Shown in pieces: positions 1-13,625 of a stretch of DNA of 64,000 bases. Made by a program: the position numbers and the translations under genes. Under the pieces are notes generated by a model. That model worked only from the letters and a program-made list of their open reading frames with translations. It searched no databases and was not told the origin of the DNA. Source of the DNA: Antedon mediterranea (taxonomy: Eukaryota > Animalia > Echinodermata); NCBI RefSeq assembly GCF_964355755.1, contig NC_092674.1:22134001-22198000 (forward strand). The letters are read 5' to 3'. Within the stretch, counting starts at the first letter, position 1. Every line of letters starts with the position of its first letter.

Positions 1-1010
1 TTCCAAGTTTAACATTATTTTCCATCAACTAAATATTTCAATGCAAAATACTGTTTTTCTGGCAATTAATTGAAATAAACCTGGCAACACATTCTCCTAT
101 TTTATCTAAACTATTCGTATGACTTTAGAAGCATTATGACAAGCCACATATACATTTTATTATTGGATTAGCCGTATTTAAATTGTGTTTCATGTGTTTT
201 GTTTGTTGATATTTTGTTATATTTTTTTTATTTTTCGTATTTTCCTGGCAACAGAAAACCTATGTACAAAATTTGCCCCAGTATTTTTTTTGTGATTATT
301 GTTGACAAACCTATTGACTATCAAATTAAAAAATCTCATTGATTTAAAAACACCACTTTGGAAGTTATAGGTACGTTTATGAGGTATACTTTTATTTAAA
401 AAATATTTTTTAAAACACCCCTTTTTAAAATAATGGTATCAACCAAACTCCATTTTGTAATTTATTTTTTTTCAACATTAAATGGAACTCAATACATGTT
501 GTTTACACTGCTATAAACAAAAAATGTATACTGTAAGTATTTTTGGTTAAAATAAGTATACAAGTTTGTACTTTTTCACTATAGAAAATCTGTGAAAAAT
601 GGCAAAAACATCAAAATTTGGATAATTGACCGTTGTCATGGCAACGGAGGCTAAAAATTTAAATGAATGTTGTAGATATGCTTTTTATTGAAATGTCTAT
701 TCATGGTAAAAATTTGAGAGAAATCCATTTTTTTACATCTGCCACCAAATCTTTGATTTTTACAGAAAATGGCTCTTAATACAGCAATTTCATAATTTTT
801 TTTCATAAATTACTTGCTGTGATAGTCCTAGTCTCGATAGAATCAATAATAAGTGATTTGGAGGAGGTTTGCGCAGGTTTTTTTAGAAATGGTCTACCGT
901 ACCTGATCAGGTAAGAGCATTCGGCGCATGAAGCCAAAATGTATCGTGATAATCACTTCACCATCACTTGGCGAATATGCATTATTTGCAGTAGTACACA
1001 ATATGGAATA

Positions 1011-1227
1011 TTAAGGTCTACATAATTTGGATTAAGGCCTACACAATTTGGATTATTAAGGCCTACATAATTTGGATTATTAAGGCCTACATAATTTGGA
1101 TTATTAAGGCCTACATAATTTGGATTATTAAGGCCTACATAATTTGGATTATTAAGGCCTACATAATTTGGATATTAAGGCCTACATAATTTGGATTATT
1201 AACGCCTACATAATTTGGATTATTAAC
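1011..1227. repeat. 24-bp minisatellite (TTAAGGCCTACATAATTTGGATTA), about 9 copies, bracketed by ~80-bp imperfect direct repeats at ~808-885 and ~1251-1332
   Basis: Tandem units read directly; flanks share AAATTACTTGCT...TTTGGAGGAGGTTTGCGC. Confidence 0.9.
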
Positions 1228-1374
1228 AATAATAGCATACACAATTTACAAAATTACTTGCTATGGTAGTCCTGGTCATGATAGAACCAATAATTAGCCA
1301 TTTGGAGGAGGTTTGCGCTGGTTTTTTTTTTTAGGTTTGCGCTGTTTGCGCTTGGTTTGCGCAGTTAAGCAATA

Positions 1375-1905
1375 TCCTTTACGTGGTATAACAGTAGTTA
1401 AGGATTTGCTTAATGATAACGGAAGTATGCTGTCTTATGAAAAGTTTCATATTAAATATGATATACGTGTGGATTTTTTGACATACCATAGTATAATTGT
1501 AGCTATTCCTAAAATATGGAGAGATGCCATGCAATATAATAACTATGATATAATGTTAAAACAAACAAAATGAAGTAATTATAGCATCGAATTTAAAATT
1601 GATAGCAAAACTTGCATATACCTTAATAATAATCGCATTAGTGCCGCATACCTGTATCAAATGGGAAAACGAATTTGGACATATAGCCGACTGGGAGGTG
1701 TTATATAAATTAACATACATAAGTACAATGGACATAAGACTGAGATATTTTTAGTATAAAATATTAAATATGTTCTTGACTACAAATGTTTTACTACATA
1801 AATTTAAAATTAAAGATTCTGAATTATGCGATACTTATAAGGAAGAGCCGAGTGTTTGCATCATCTTTTTTGGAAATGCAAAAAAGTAATATCAATTTGG
1901 AAAGA
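1375..1905 (+). mobile_element. Degenerate L1/Tx1-type LINE ORF2 C-terminal fragment
   Basis: GITVVKDLLNDNG...YHSIIVAIPKIW, then KWENEF...STMDIRLRYF*YKIL...LTTNVLLHKFKIKDSELCD...HLFWKC (zf-RVT-like Cys/His region) with stops and frameshifts. Confidence 0.7.
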
Positions 1906-2333
1906 CAAATTAATCAAACAAAATGAATTTTTAATAAACCACTACAAACAAAACAGACAGTAGGCCTGCCACTACTACTAGAATAGTTAGTTATCATTTC
2001 TTATTTACATAATCACGAAATTTTCACTACTGTTGAACTACGTCTCTAAATCTGTTTTAAAAAGAACAATACAATCATAACCTGTAGTATACTGATAATG
2101 CCTATATCGTAAGTAAATCTTTCAGATATTGACATTATGTGCCTATTTATTGTGAAATCATCCATCATAATCATAATATCACCATATTAATCATTATTGT
2201 AACATTTTTCATTACAAATAATATATATTGTAATGTTTTAATCTTTCAACGTACCATGGTTTTGTAATCTACAATTCAAACGGTTTAAAAGACCCTAACA
2301 TAAGAATTTGAGTTAATGAAGGCCCTTTAATAA

Positions 2334-2899
2334 TTAAAAGTATAGCCTTTTTCTTAAACTAAACGCAGGAAATGGCACTTGTAACTTGTTCTCGCTTACT
2401 TTTTTATTCACATGAATTAAAATATCATTAACGTGATGCTTATCATGTAATGTTGCTAAAGCTTCCGTCAGGCTTTTAATGTAATACGAACCACAATTGG
2501 GGTCGTGATACCTATAGGAATATGCCAGAGGTGCTGTAGAATATCCAATGAGGAAATCAGTCTCATTGAGCTCTTTAGGAGTAGCTCCACCGCCGTCATC
2601 TTTTGGGTCATTGGTATTTCGACATGCTTGTATAAAAAATACTTTAGGTTTTAAGTTAAGACTTTTACAGCTATTTGCTCCAACGCTAGCGGTAAGGTCA
2701 AAAATCATACAAGCTTCTCCATCACTACCATAAACCATGTCATATCCACCATGAGACAGTATACAGCAAACAAAACAATCATAGTCTTTATGATCTTTTC
2801 TTCGCATTTCATCCATCACATCCTTCATCTCCTGAGCAGTTTGGTTGCGTTTCGATACAATTTTAAATCCAAATTCTTTGAAAACACGTTTTAGATTTT
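2334..2899 (-). CDS. Caspase catalytic (p20/p10) terminal exon
   Basis: ORF 2334-2828 extended to the AG acceptor at 2900-2901: [12 protein letters not shown]...SHG...QACRN...[15 protein letters not shown]. Confidence 0.93.
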
Positions 2900-5800
2900 C
2901 TGTTAAGAGAGCATTGTTTTGTCAGATTTATATAGTAAAATATCTAAGTAATTGATTGATTAAATTGACAAAGTTGGCATTACAAATATAAAGATAAATA
3001 ACATAATTGTTTGAAAGACTACTTACAACTGATTTTTATAGAAAAATAGGCCTATTGTATATTAATATGTTTCTATATAAATTTATATTGAGTTAATAAT
3101 AAAACATTGACACGAAGAAAACCCAATCGTTGTATACCTTCATCCTTATCGGAACCATCTCTCGTTGTCAATCCTTTAAAATCAACATTGTTTATGATAA
3201 GGCATATTCCACGCGGTGTGTGGGTCATGGCGTATATTTCCAAATCTGGTACAAGAAAAATATACAAATATTATTTTTATAAACAATATTCTGTAAGTCT
3301 GAACAAGTTCAAATTTAAGTATTGTGGTTAAAATAACATGATCAAAGTTCAAATACATTTGGTTGCAATTTCACTAATTTTTTAATTTTGTATTGTCACT
3401 ACTAAATAGAACGTTGGCGTGTCGCGCGTTGAGATAAATTGATGTAAGCAGATTTTTGGGAATTATTCATTATTAATTTGTAATGCATTATATTAATGAA
3501 TAAATAAGTTGTTGTTATTAGCAATCGTTTTTATTTTAAAGTTAATAACTTATTATGTTTACAATTATAGTAATAAACTTCTAACTTTGTAGTTTAAAGT
3601 TTTATATATTAAGACACATAATTTTGCCTAGCATTACCGGATGAGTTGAGTAAATTAAACATAATATTAAATGCTGACCACTACAGAATAGTGTAAGCTA
3701 GTCATTTTTAGAATAAAGATAATATGAAATACCTGTATTATAATTCTAGAAAACAATTCTACTCGTTGCTTTGATAACGAATAGAAACAAGAATAATTAT
3801 AATCAGACACAATGGTATAACTATATTGTTACATTTTCAAAATGAGATCATACTCATAATAATTTACCTTCGCCCGTCATCGCAATATCTGCAACTGGTA
3901 GTTGTGTTTCCTCCATTTTCTTTTCTAAGGAAAGATAAATACCATACGTAAATATTTCCGTCTTGCACAATATGTAGATGATACTGCATGTTTTAATGGT
4001 ACAGAAGGAACAGTGCCTATATTATTCGGGATTTGCGATTGACTTTAGATAATATACACATTTACAGTATTTTGAATGGTGTGGACCGAAATCACATTTT
4101 CAATTACCCAGACCCATTAGATCTTTCACCTGAACTAGAAGAATTCTAGAGAGTTCACTCGCTTCGCTCTCACTCTCCAGACGTGCAGTGTAGACGCTCG
4201 CGTATCGTACCATCTAGGTCGTCCACACAGATGGTTCTCGAATACACAGTAATTTCAGCGTAAAAAACTGGCGATTTCAAATTTACTAATGCAGGACTAT
4301 AATATATGTCATTTACAGGAACAAATAAATAGACACGGTGATTTATGTAGTCAACTATAATTAGCACCCTGGGAATTACTTCCGAAAGAGAAAGTTGTCA
4401 CCAAATGAGTCTAATAATGTTTTAGTCAAATTTAAACAAACCCAATTTGTGTTTTGTATGTAACATTAGGGTTTTGAGGGATTGGTGAAACGAGGAACAC
4501 TTTCTAAATAAATTCTTTATCCACTCAGTAAAAGAATAATATTTGTTTTCATGTTTTATAAATAATATACCGGTACCATTAAACACAGTGAAATATTTGC
4601 GTTTTAATACTTTGTAGAAACTGTGACTGTCGTAGTCGATTGAAATAGTGAAGTAACGATACACCACTACGACGTTTATATTTTTTTGTAATTATTAATT
4701 AATACAAACGTTGAGAAGCAACTGTCAGTAATACAGTTTTGTTTGTATATGTGTTTATATTATTACAGACATTTTAGTTTTAAACTAAGATATCTTTATT
4801 TCGGAATAAATAACAGCTTGTTGATCAATCAATCAATCAGGCATCCTTCAGTCAACATTGACTATGGAGACAACATTGGAGAGAATTTCATCAGTTATCT
4901 AGTGAGTATGTGTGAGTTCCAGTAGGTGATCTAGATGTTCAGATACCTCTCTTCATTTCCATGCGATAAGTCCTGCCTTAATACAATCTTTCCGTGATTT
5001 TCGGTCATCAGCCGTTTTTTCCCAGGTGTTAACATTGATGTCCATTGCCTTCAAGTCTCTTTTACATGCATCTTTGAAACGCAAAAGTGGACGTCCTTTG
5101 GATCTTTTATAATTCGCTAGCTCACCGTACAACATAACATTTGGAGTTCTTGTATCATCCATTCCTATGACATGACCAAGCCATCGTAGCCTTCGCTGTC
5201 GAATTAATGTAAACATCGAAGGAATGCCGCATCTATAAAGGATACTGTTGTTTGTTACCCTGTCCTGCCATCTGATATTTAAGATAGTCCGTAGACAGCG
5301 GAGGTGAAATACATTTAGTTTCTTTTCTTGTCTAGCATAGGTTGTCCACGATTCAGCTCCATACTATTAGACCTAATGTTTATCCCTCAAGGACCCATAC
5401 ATTTACCTACTTGTGTTATACCAAATAAGTATACTATCAGCTACTAAAAACAAATATCGTATTATTGTGTGCGGGTTTTTTCAGCGTGGACATCCATTAA
5501 ACAGTGTATACCACGATCGGAAAACACCCCTATTTGGAATAAATCTGACTTCCGAACCACCACCACTTTTTTCCTTATTTGTTCATCCACGTCAGCCTCT
5601 TCATGGTTGTTCACGAGATCATTCAAGACTCGTGTCTAAGAATTCCGTTGCCAATGTTGGGTCTTTTTTAGGATGTCACGGTCATGTATATTAACATTAT
5701 AAGTATAGGTTTGTATATGTCTGATTTTAACACTCGCCTGCCAGGAAATTTGGAAGGTCTTGACTTCATAGCTTTATCTATGTCTTTAGGCCAATTTTTG

Positions 5801-8800
5801 TTCTGGTCCAGTTATTAAGAGTTTAAAGAAGACATGTTGTTTAGACTTTAATTCAAGTAACTTGAGGAGAGTATTCTTTGTTTTTATCGTTTTTTCATCT
5901 ACCTACCTACTACGCATATGAACATATTAATAGAACCTGGAGTGAGTTGGAATAAAAAAACGAATGGCAAGTCAATATTCATTTTGTTGGTCATTATCAC
6001 AAGGCACATTAGGTATCTGGTGTTCAGCTATTCGTGTATCTTCTACTTTCGGTTCCTTGTATTGTCAATTATGAAAACGTTTTGTTTTAGTGATATTCTC
6101 GTCGAATATGCTTGAGTCTACCATACATAAATCCAGAAAATGTCTTTATCGTATCTGACCGTTCTCTGAAACTGTCAACAGACTTTTACAAAATATCATA
6201 GTAGAGCCTTCGCTGTATTACAATGTATTACAACTATTACAATAATTAGGTCGTGCCCACAGATGGTTCTCGAATACATAGTAACTTCAGCGTAAAAAAA
6301 AACTGGCGATTTCAAATGTACGTACCGCAGGACTATAAAACATTGTCGTTTACAGAAACGAAAAAATAGACACAATGATTTATGTAGTCAACCAAAATTA
6401 GCACCCTGGGAATTACTTCTGAAAGAGAAACTTGTCACAAAATGAGTCCAAATTTTTTATTTTGACGTGACTCATTTAAGCAAACCCAATTATTTGTGTT
6501 TTGTATCTAGCATTAGGGTTGGGGATGAGGATAGGTACAAAAAGGAAAAATTTTTAAATATGTTCTTTATCCACTCTGTAACGAAATATTTTTTTTTCAG
6601 TTTTATAGGCCTATAAATAATATACTACTAAATAGAGTAAACATTTCCGATTCAATACTTAGTTAAAACTGTCACTGTCATAGTCGATTGAAATAGTAAA
6701 GTACATGTAATGATACACCACTACGACGTTTATATTTTTTGTAATTATTAATTAATACAAACGTTGAGAAGCAACTTTATTGTTAGAAAACTTACTTTGG
6801 TGTACATGACTTGTACTAAACAAATTCCAATGGGTTTCCGGTTTATAAAGTTAAGTGGTCTATTTCGCACAAGTGTGAGAGTTCTAAATAAATGTATTTA
6901 TTTGTATCTCATTGTAAATACGACTGTTACCTGCTTACAAACCTAATACATGGTATTAACACTAATTGTGTTCATGGTAGAAATAAGTATGAAATGATGT
7001 TAAAGGTCACCTTGTTGAAATGAGATTCCTTGCTGTAACGGAACCAACTCCTCAAGCTTGTCTGAAAATAGATAAAATACATTAATTTTATAACCATTCC
7101 AAATAGCCTAATTAAGGGATACTTTTAAATCGTAAATCATAAATCAACAATATTTTGTTTTAAAGTGTACTATACCAAGATTGTTAAATTACTCAATTGG
7201 CATCATAATTTAAATAATTGCAACTATACCTTTTTTGTTATTAAAGTCGTAACAAAAAATACAATACCAAAACAACCTACTTGCTTATACATACTATATG
7301 AAAATTGATTTCAGACACATTCTACTGTTTGCCTCAATTTCAATAGAGCTTAAATACATGTTAATGATTTGTGGCCTGAGTAGACCTACCTTCATCTCCA
7401 ATAAACGGTTTTCCATCTAATAAAATATAAATAAATAAAACGTTAAAATGAAGAAATGAGTCCCACCCATATTTTTAGATCAAAATGTAATGCCCATTAA
7501 AAATATATATAATTTGATTCGTAAAATAAGTAGTAAAAGTGTTCAGTTTGACTAATGAGGTTGGACTATTGTAACCCGACTCGAATTATGTCATGTCACA
7601 ATAACAACGCGAGAGGAAATTCAACTTAATACGCAAATAAATGTTTAAATCTTACGGTAAGACATCGCGTGGTTCGTCTTCACGACGGTATACTTTGTTA
7701 GCGGCCTAAATATAACAGTTACCGTGTACTATAATATTACCTACATATTTTGTAGTTTTTATTTGTCTTCAAAGTTAATTATAAATAAGTTAATAATATT
7801 AAGTAATTCATTATTCCCTGCTGAAACGTAAACGTAAAACTTATAGACATAGAAAGAAATGTATAATTAATAACACAAAAAGAACCACAAACAATAGATA
7901 ATTACAAACAAATAAAAAATCCAACTTCCTGCCCATTCATGTTATGTAACCCTGTAGAGCTATGTTATGGTTGTACTTTTGACCTGACGAGTGTGTTAGC
8001 TTTGCTAGCATACAAAACAAATTTTTAGTCAACAAAGTACCATGAAGTGACGAAGTTTACATCACAGGCACATAATAAATTCTAAACAACCCGGTGATAC
8101 TATACTGAAATTTAATTAATTAATTTGAAACGATAAAGATGAGAATGAGAAAAGGTCGCCCCAACCGAGACTTCAACCCGAAACCTTCTCATTGATATGC
8201 AGCTGTCCTAACCATTAGACCACTGCGGCTTTCATTGTATTGTTCAAACTTGACTGGATAGCCACTCTTTAACATTCAGTCCTTCAGTTGTACGCAAGCG
8301 CACCAGAGATCAAATTGATACGCCGTCATCTTTCAGAATTTTGTTCACGAAGCGGGATCTCTGAAGAGATACTTTGTTATATATAAACATCACAGGCACA
8401 GCATAAATTCTAATCCACCCGGTGATATACTGAAATTTAATTAATAAATTTCTCAACAAAAATGATTGCAACCAAATTGAACATCGCCGACAGAGTTGAC
8501 ACAACTGCAAATAAAGATGCCTTCATAACTCTTAAAGATCACAAACCGAACTTCAGCAAAAACGCGACTTGCCGATTAATAAACCCGACCAAATCCGAGA
8601 TAGGCAAGATAAGCAAAACTATACTCGATCGTATTAACAGCAAAATTACATCAAAACTTCGCATCAATCTATGGAAAATAAATACCTCAACGGTCATCGA
8701 ATGGTTCAAGAGCATAGACAAGAAACAACAACACAACTTTATATGCTCCGATATCGTGGCATTTTACCCCTCTATCAGCAACGACCTACTGAACAAGGCA

Positions 8801-11800
8801 CTAGACTTCGCTGCTAGATACAACGATATTACCAACGACGAAAGACACACCATCGTACATACCAATATTATCACACAAACAGCAACCATGGCAAAAGAAA
8901 GGCCCCACAGCATTCGATGTGACTATGGGTAGTTATGATGGCGCAGAAACGTGTGAACTTGTTGGGAGCTTCCTGTTACACCAGTTACAACAGAAACTAG
9001 GAATACACATAGGACTTTACAGAGATGACGGTCTTGCCGTCACAGACACCACACCTAAAATTAAAAAAAGACATATGCCAGATATTCAAAGATAATGGCC
9101 TACGGATTACCATAGAAGCAAACAAACAAGTCTTTAACATCTTAGACGTCACACTCAACCTAGCGAGGAACACATACCAGCCCTACACCAAACCAAACGC
9201 CACGTTACAGTATATCCATCAACAAAGTAACCACCCACCGCTCATTCTAAAGAATATACCCGCAGGAAAAAACAAACAACTCTCGTCCTTGTCATCCAAC
9301 AAGAATCTATTCAACCAAGCCTCCCCTGTATACCAGAAAGCCCTTAAAGACAGTAGATATCATCAGTAGATGAACTCAGTAAACATATTTGGACACTCAA
9401 GGACAACAACACAGACTATTCAATCTCATGGCGCATCTCGGTATCTACTAAAGCATATAGTAGCGCAAACAAAAAATGCAAAGAGAAATTATTTATCATA
9501 CGCCACCCTGAATTATCGACATTAAACAAACAAACTTGTGTCCGCCTGCCGACACATAAAGAAAGCATTGTTACATAACAGCTAACGTTCCAAAATATAT
9601 CACCTGCAAATGCTAATTTTACAAGTAAATGTGCTTATAAGCAATGTTGTAATTGATTATTCTAATTATAGTCTCCTTGTTGTGGAATCGGTGAGAAATA
9701 ATGAGGTGAACACGTTGTTGCAATATGTTGTCTTTATTAGATTTATTATTATTCAACAACTGTGTTGGGTTGTCTATAAGAACAAACAAAATACACTAAG
9801 TAGATAGTTCTGTAGTCAACAAATACTTCGAAACATATAATAAAGAATAGTACGACTACCCCCTCTATAGTAATAGAAAGATGTAGACACTCGTACGCCG
9901 ACTCGACTTAACGAAGTGATAACGTCAAGCGAGGCCTAGATATATGAACTTTAACAACAATAAAATAACAAATTTTTAAATGTGTACACAACTCAAAGAC
10001 TGCCCCTGCAGACTCCTGGCTAAACATATTAATAAACGATTCTAATTAAACTCACCCAAAGGGTTCCAAATAACAAATAAAGATGATTACACAGCATGAA
10101 TATCTCACACGATACCAAATTGTATATGATTTCGTTCAGCCTGCGTATTGTACGCGCACTGGCACGCAACTCACAAATTGAAAACAAATGACGTCATGAC
10201 ATCCCAGCCCCTAAAAAGTGACGGATGGTCACAACTAGTAACAAAGTCTACAACTTTAAATGTAACAATGAAAAGTTCATAAATGTCAATTACACTTTAA
10301 ATCATCAATCACAGTGATCAAGGAACATCATTTGATCCACAAATCACTACATGTCTGAACGTTCGGTGCTCTTCATTAGCATGATCAACTTAGTAACCGG
10401 TTTCTTAGCATTGATACCATCTGCAAATCTTATGTCAACAACCCTAACAAGGTCATCTTTCCCTGGATAAACTTTACTGACTTCTGCCATTTCCCAACTA
10501 CCACGTTTCTTGTTCTCACCAATGACAAGTACTATGTCACCTTCCATTACATTCTCCATTGATTTCTGCCATTTAAGTCTTGGTGAGAGCTTATGGATAC
10601 ACTCCATCCATCGGTGCCAGAAACCATTCACCATAGAGTTACAAATTTCTCTCCGTTTTCTCAAATTTCCATGGAATTCTTCACACGGTAATTCCGGACA
10701 CTGTAAATTACCTCTTCCAATCAGGAAATGATTAGGAGTTAATGGCGGGTGATCCAGGGGCGATGATGACTTGGCTGTCAAAGGTCGACTATTGATAAGA
10801 CCAGATATCTGACAGAACACCGTCTCCCATTTCAACAAATGTTAGTCTATCAGCTTTCACCAACTGTCTCATGCCTTTCTTCACCTCTTGAACCATGCGC
10901 TCAACAGCTCCTTGGTGATGAGGTCCACCTGGTGGTCCAAATTTCCACTGCACATTATAACGTTGGCATTGTTCTCGTATCTTCGTCTGGTCTAGTCTCA
11001 AATTCAACTCATTCATTGTATTGTCAGCCCCTCTGAAACATGTGCCATTGTCACTCACCAACAAAGATGGTGCTCCTCTGATGCTTACAAATCGTTCCAT
11101 TGCTTGTAGGAACGCTTGGGTAGTAAGATCTTGGACACAGGTTAAGTGTACAGCTCTAGTCACGGCACACGTAAAAACTGCACAATATCCTTTTGTGGTG
11201 GTATTTTTGTTCAGTTTAACGTTAACTGGGCCCAGATAGTCTACGAGTGTGGAACTAAATGGCGGTGAGCATGGTTTCACTCGGAAGTCTGGTAGGTCAG
11301 CCATCTTCTGCTCTATTGGCTTCCCTTTGTGTCTCCTACAAATAGTACATTGTCGTACAACTGTTTTTGAGATGTTGGTATCCCCAATAATCCAAAACTT
11401 CTTTCTGACCTCTGATGCGGTTCTCAGGTGGCCCCCATGTAAAGAGTGTATGTGTCTATCCCGAACAATCAGTAAACTGATATGGCTTCCCTTCGGTAGT
11501 AGGTAAGGGTGTCTTATGTCATACGACAGTGGTGCATTCTTAATCCGTCCACAAACACGGTACACTCCTTCTTTCTCATCGAAGACTGGATCTAGCTTCA
11601 TGATGTTGTGATCATTGAAATTTATCTCAGCTTTTCCCTGTCGGATCCAAAGCAACTCAGCTTCCTTCAATGCATGTGGTGAAGGCCACTCAGAAATTTG
11701 TGAAGTTAACTTCTTTAACCATTGGTTCTTTGGTAACTGCTTTAAGGACACAACTCTTGCTGTGACCATCTTAAGTTTTGGCCAACTAGAAAACTTGGTG

Positions 11801-13594
11801 GGATCAAGTATTCTTTCAAATTCAGGGATAGCCTTTATTTTGAGTGTTAGTGTCTTAGCATTACGGACATGGAATTTCTTTTGTTCTCCATCTTCAGGAG
11901 CTACTTGAACATTTGTCGGAGTTTTAGGCCAAGAGATTGGTGGTGATCGTAGGAACCCTGGTCCATCGATGACTTTCTTCATATCGTCAATGTTTCCTCC
12001 TCTTGAAACAATATCTATAGTGTTCTGGTCTGATGGTACAAAGGCAATATCTTTGATCGGGTCAAATTCAGAAGTGATCTCACCTACACGGTATGCAACA
12101 TACGATCGGAAAGATTTAGATTGACCTCTCAGCCAACTGATGGCAGTCATACTGTCTGTCCAAATCTTTGAATAAACTATGTCAAACCTCAAAGCATTCT
12201 TTACAGTGAGCATCAGCCTTGAAAGCAGCAGAATTGCTTGAAGTTCTTTCCTGGGGATGCTTGATTGTTTAAGTGGTGTGAGTCTGGCTCGGGCGCACAC
12301 AAACGACAAATAAGCTTCAGTTGACTCTTCATGTGACCACCTTAGCCAAACTCCGATACCCATAGCATCTTCTGAAGCATCACTTGCACCATGCAGAGAT
12401 ACTTTTGGTAATGGTCTTTTTCCTCTAAATGGCTCTGGAATAAGACATCTTGGAATTTCTATGTCACTTGCTTTTTCAAGGTCTTTATTGATTTCACTGA
12501 GAATAGCACAAAGTTCACCTCTCTGGTTAAGTGGTGTATCCCAATCAATGTTTAGTTGCCACAGTTTTTGTAACAGTGTTTTCGGTCGGACAAGGATACC
12601 GGAAAGCATACCGAATACGTCATAGTAAGAAGCGGTTTGTTTCAGAATGCTACGTTTAGTTGGGATTAGACCTTGAATTAGTTTTACCTCTTTGACCTTT
12701 AGAGTGTCGTTCACAAGGTCCCACTTTGTTCCCAAAGCTGTTGCAGCAGTGGCGTCTTCTGATTCATCACACATATTCCTAACGTTGGATTGCCATTTCC
12801 TGATATTGAAGTTTCCTTTCTTCAGAGTCTCAATGAGTGTAGACTTTAAGTTGTCAGCCTCATTAGCATCAGTAACAGATTCATTCAAATCATCCATGTA
12901 AAACTGGTCAGTAACAATTCTTTCTAATTGTTTATCACCGGGTGCATGCTCAGATACTATATGCCTCAAAGTCACAATAGCCGCAGTTGGTGATGGCTTG
13001 TCACCAAACGTAACAGTCGTCAACTCGTACACTTGAATTGGATGGTTAGGATTCTCTCTGAACACAAATCGATGAAAGCGGGCATCATCAGAACTGATTT
13101 TAATAGCCTGGAACATCTTACTAATGTCAGCAATTATACCAACTTCGTTTTCTCGGAATCGTAGGGCAACATCAACAAGGCCAACAGCCATTAAGTCGCG
13201 TGCTACAATGCATAGTGATACCGGACCGACAGACAGACCGACAGACCGACAGACAGACAGACAGACAGAAAATAAATTTTGAAAATGTTAAGCGCGCGTA
13301 CGCATGCGTTACATTCGCTACGCACGAAATTGTATTGCCATATAATGATTTATGCCCTGAAATTTATGAGTACCAAATTTTATTTAATTGTGATTCATGG
13401 TTGTGAAGATATGATTACAAACGTGATTTCGTTAAATCGTGCGTAGACCGCGTAATTTTTTATTGCGCACCGTGAAAACATAACCAAATTGATTCCTGGC
13501 CATAAGGAATATACTGTGAAAAATTGACCTAGCTAGATTAAACTGATATCAAGATAACGTCTTAAAGCGATAAAACGCATAGTGATACCGGACC

Positions 13595-13625
<31 letters not shown>

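Noticed and set aside
1-779. Right end of a TTAA-flanked DNA transposon (ends GAAAATGGCTC|TTAA)
   Set aside because: The partner TIR is not in the window, so it cannot be supported.
1011-1227. CRISPR-like array (also 60173-60282)
   Set aside because: Head-to-tail units with no unique spacers, in a eukaryotic context; these are minisatellites.
7656-7705. Extra caspase exon (AG...GTAAG bounded, 50 bp)
   Set aside because: Not a multiple of 3 and gives an immediate stop in phase 1; left out of the model.
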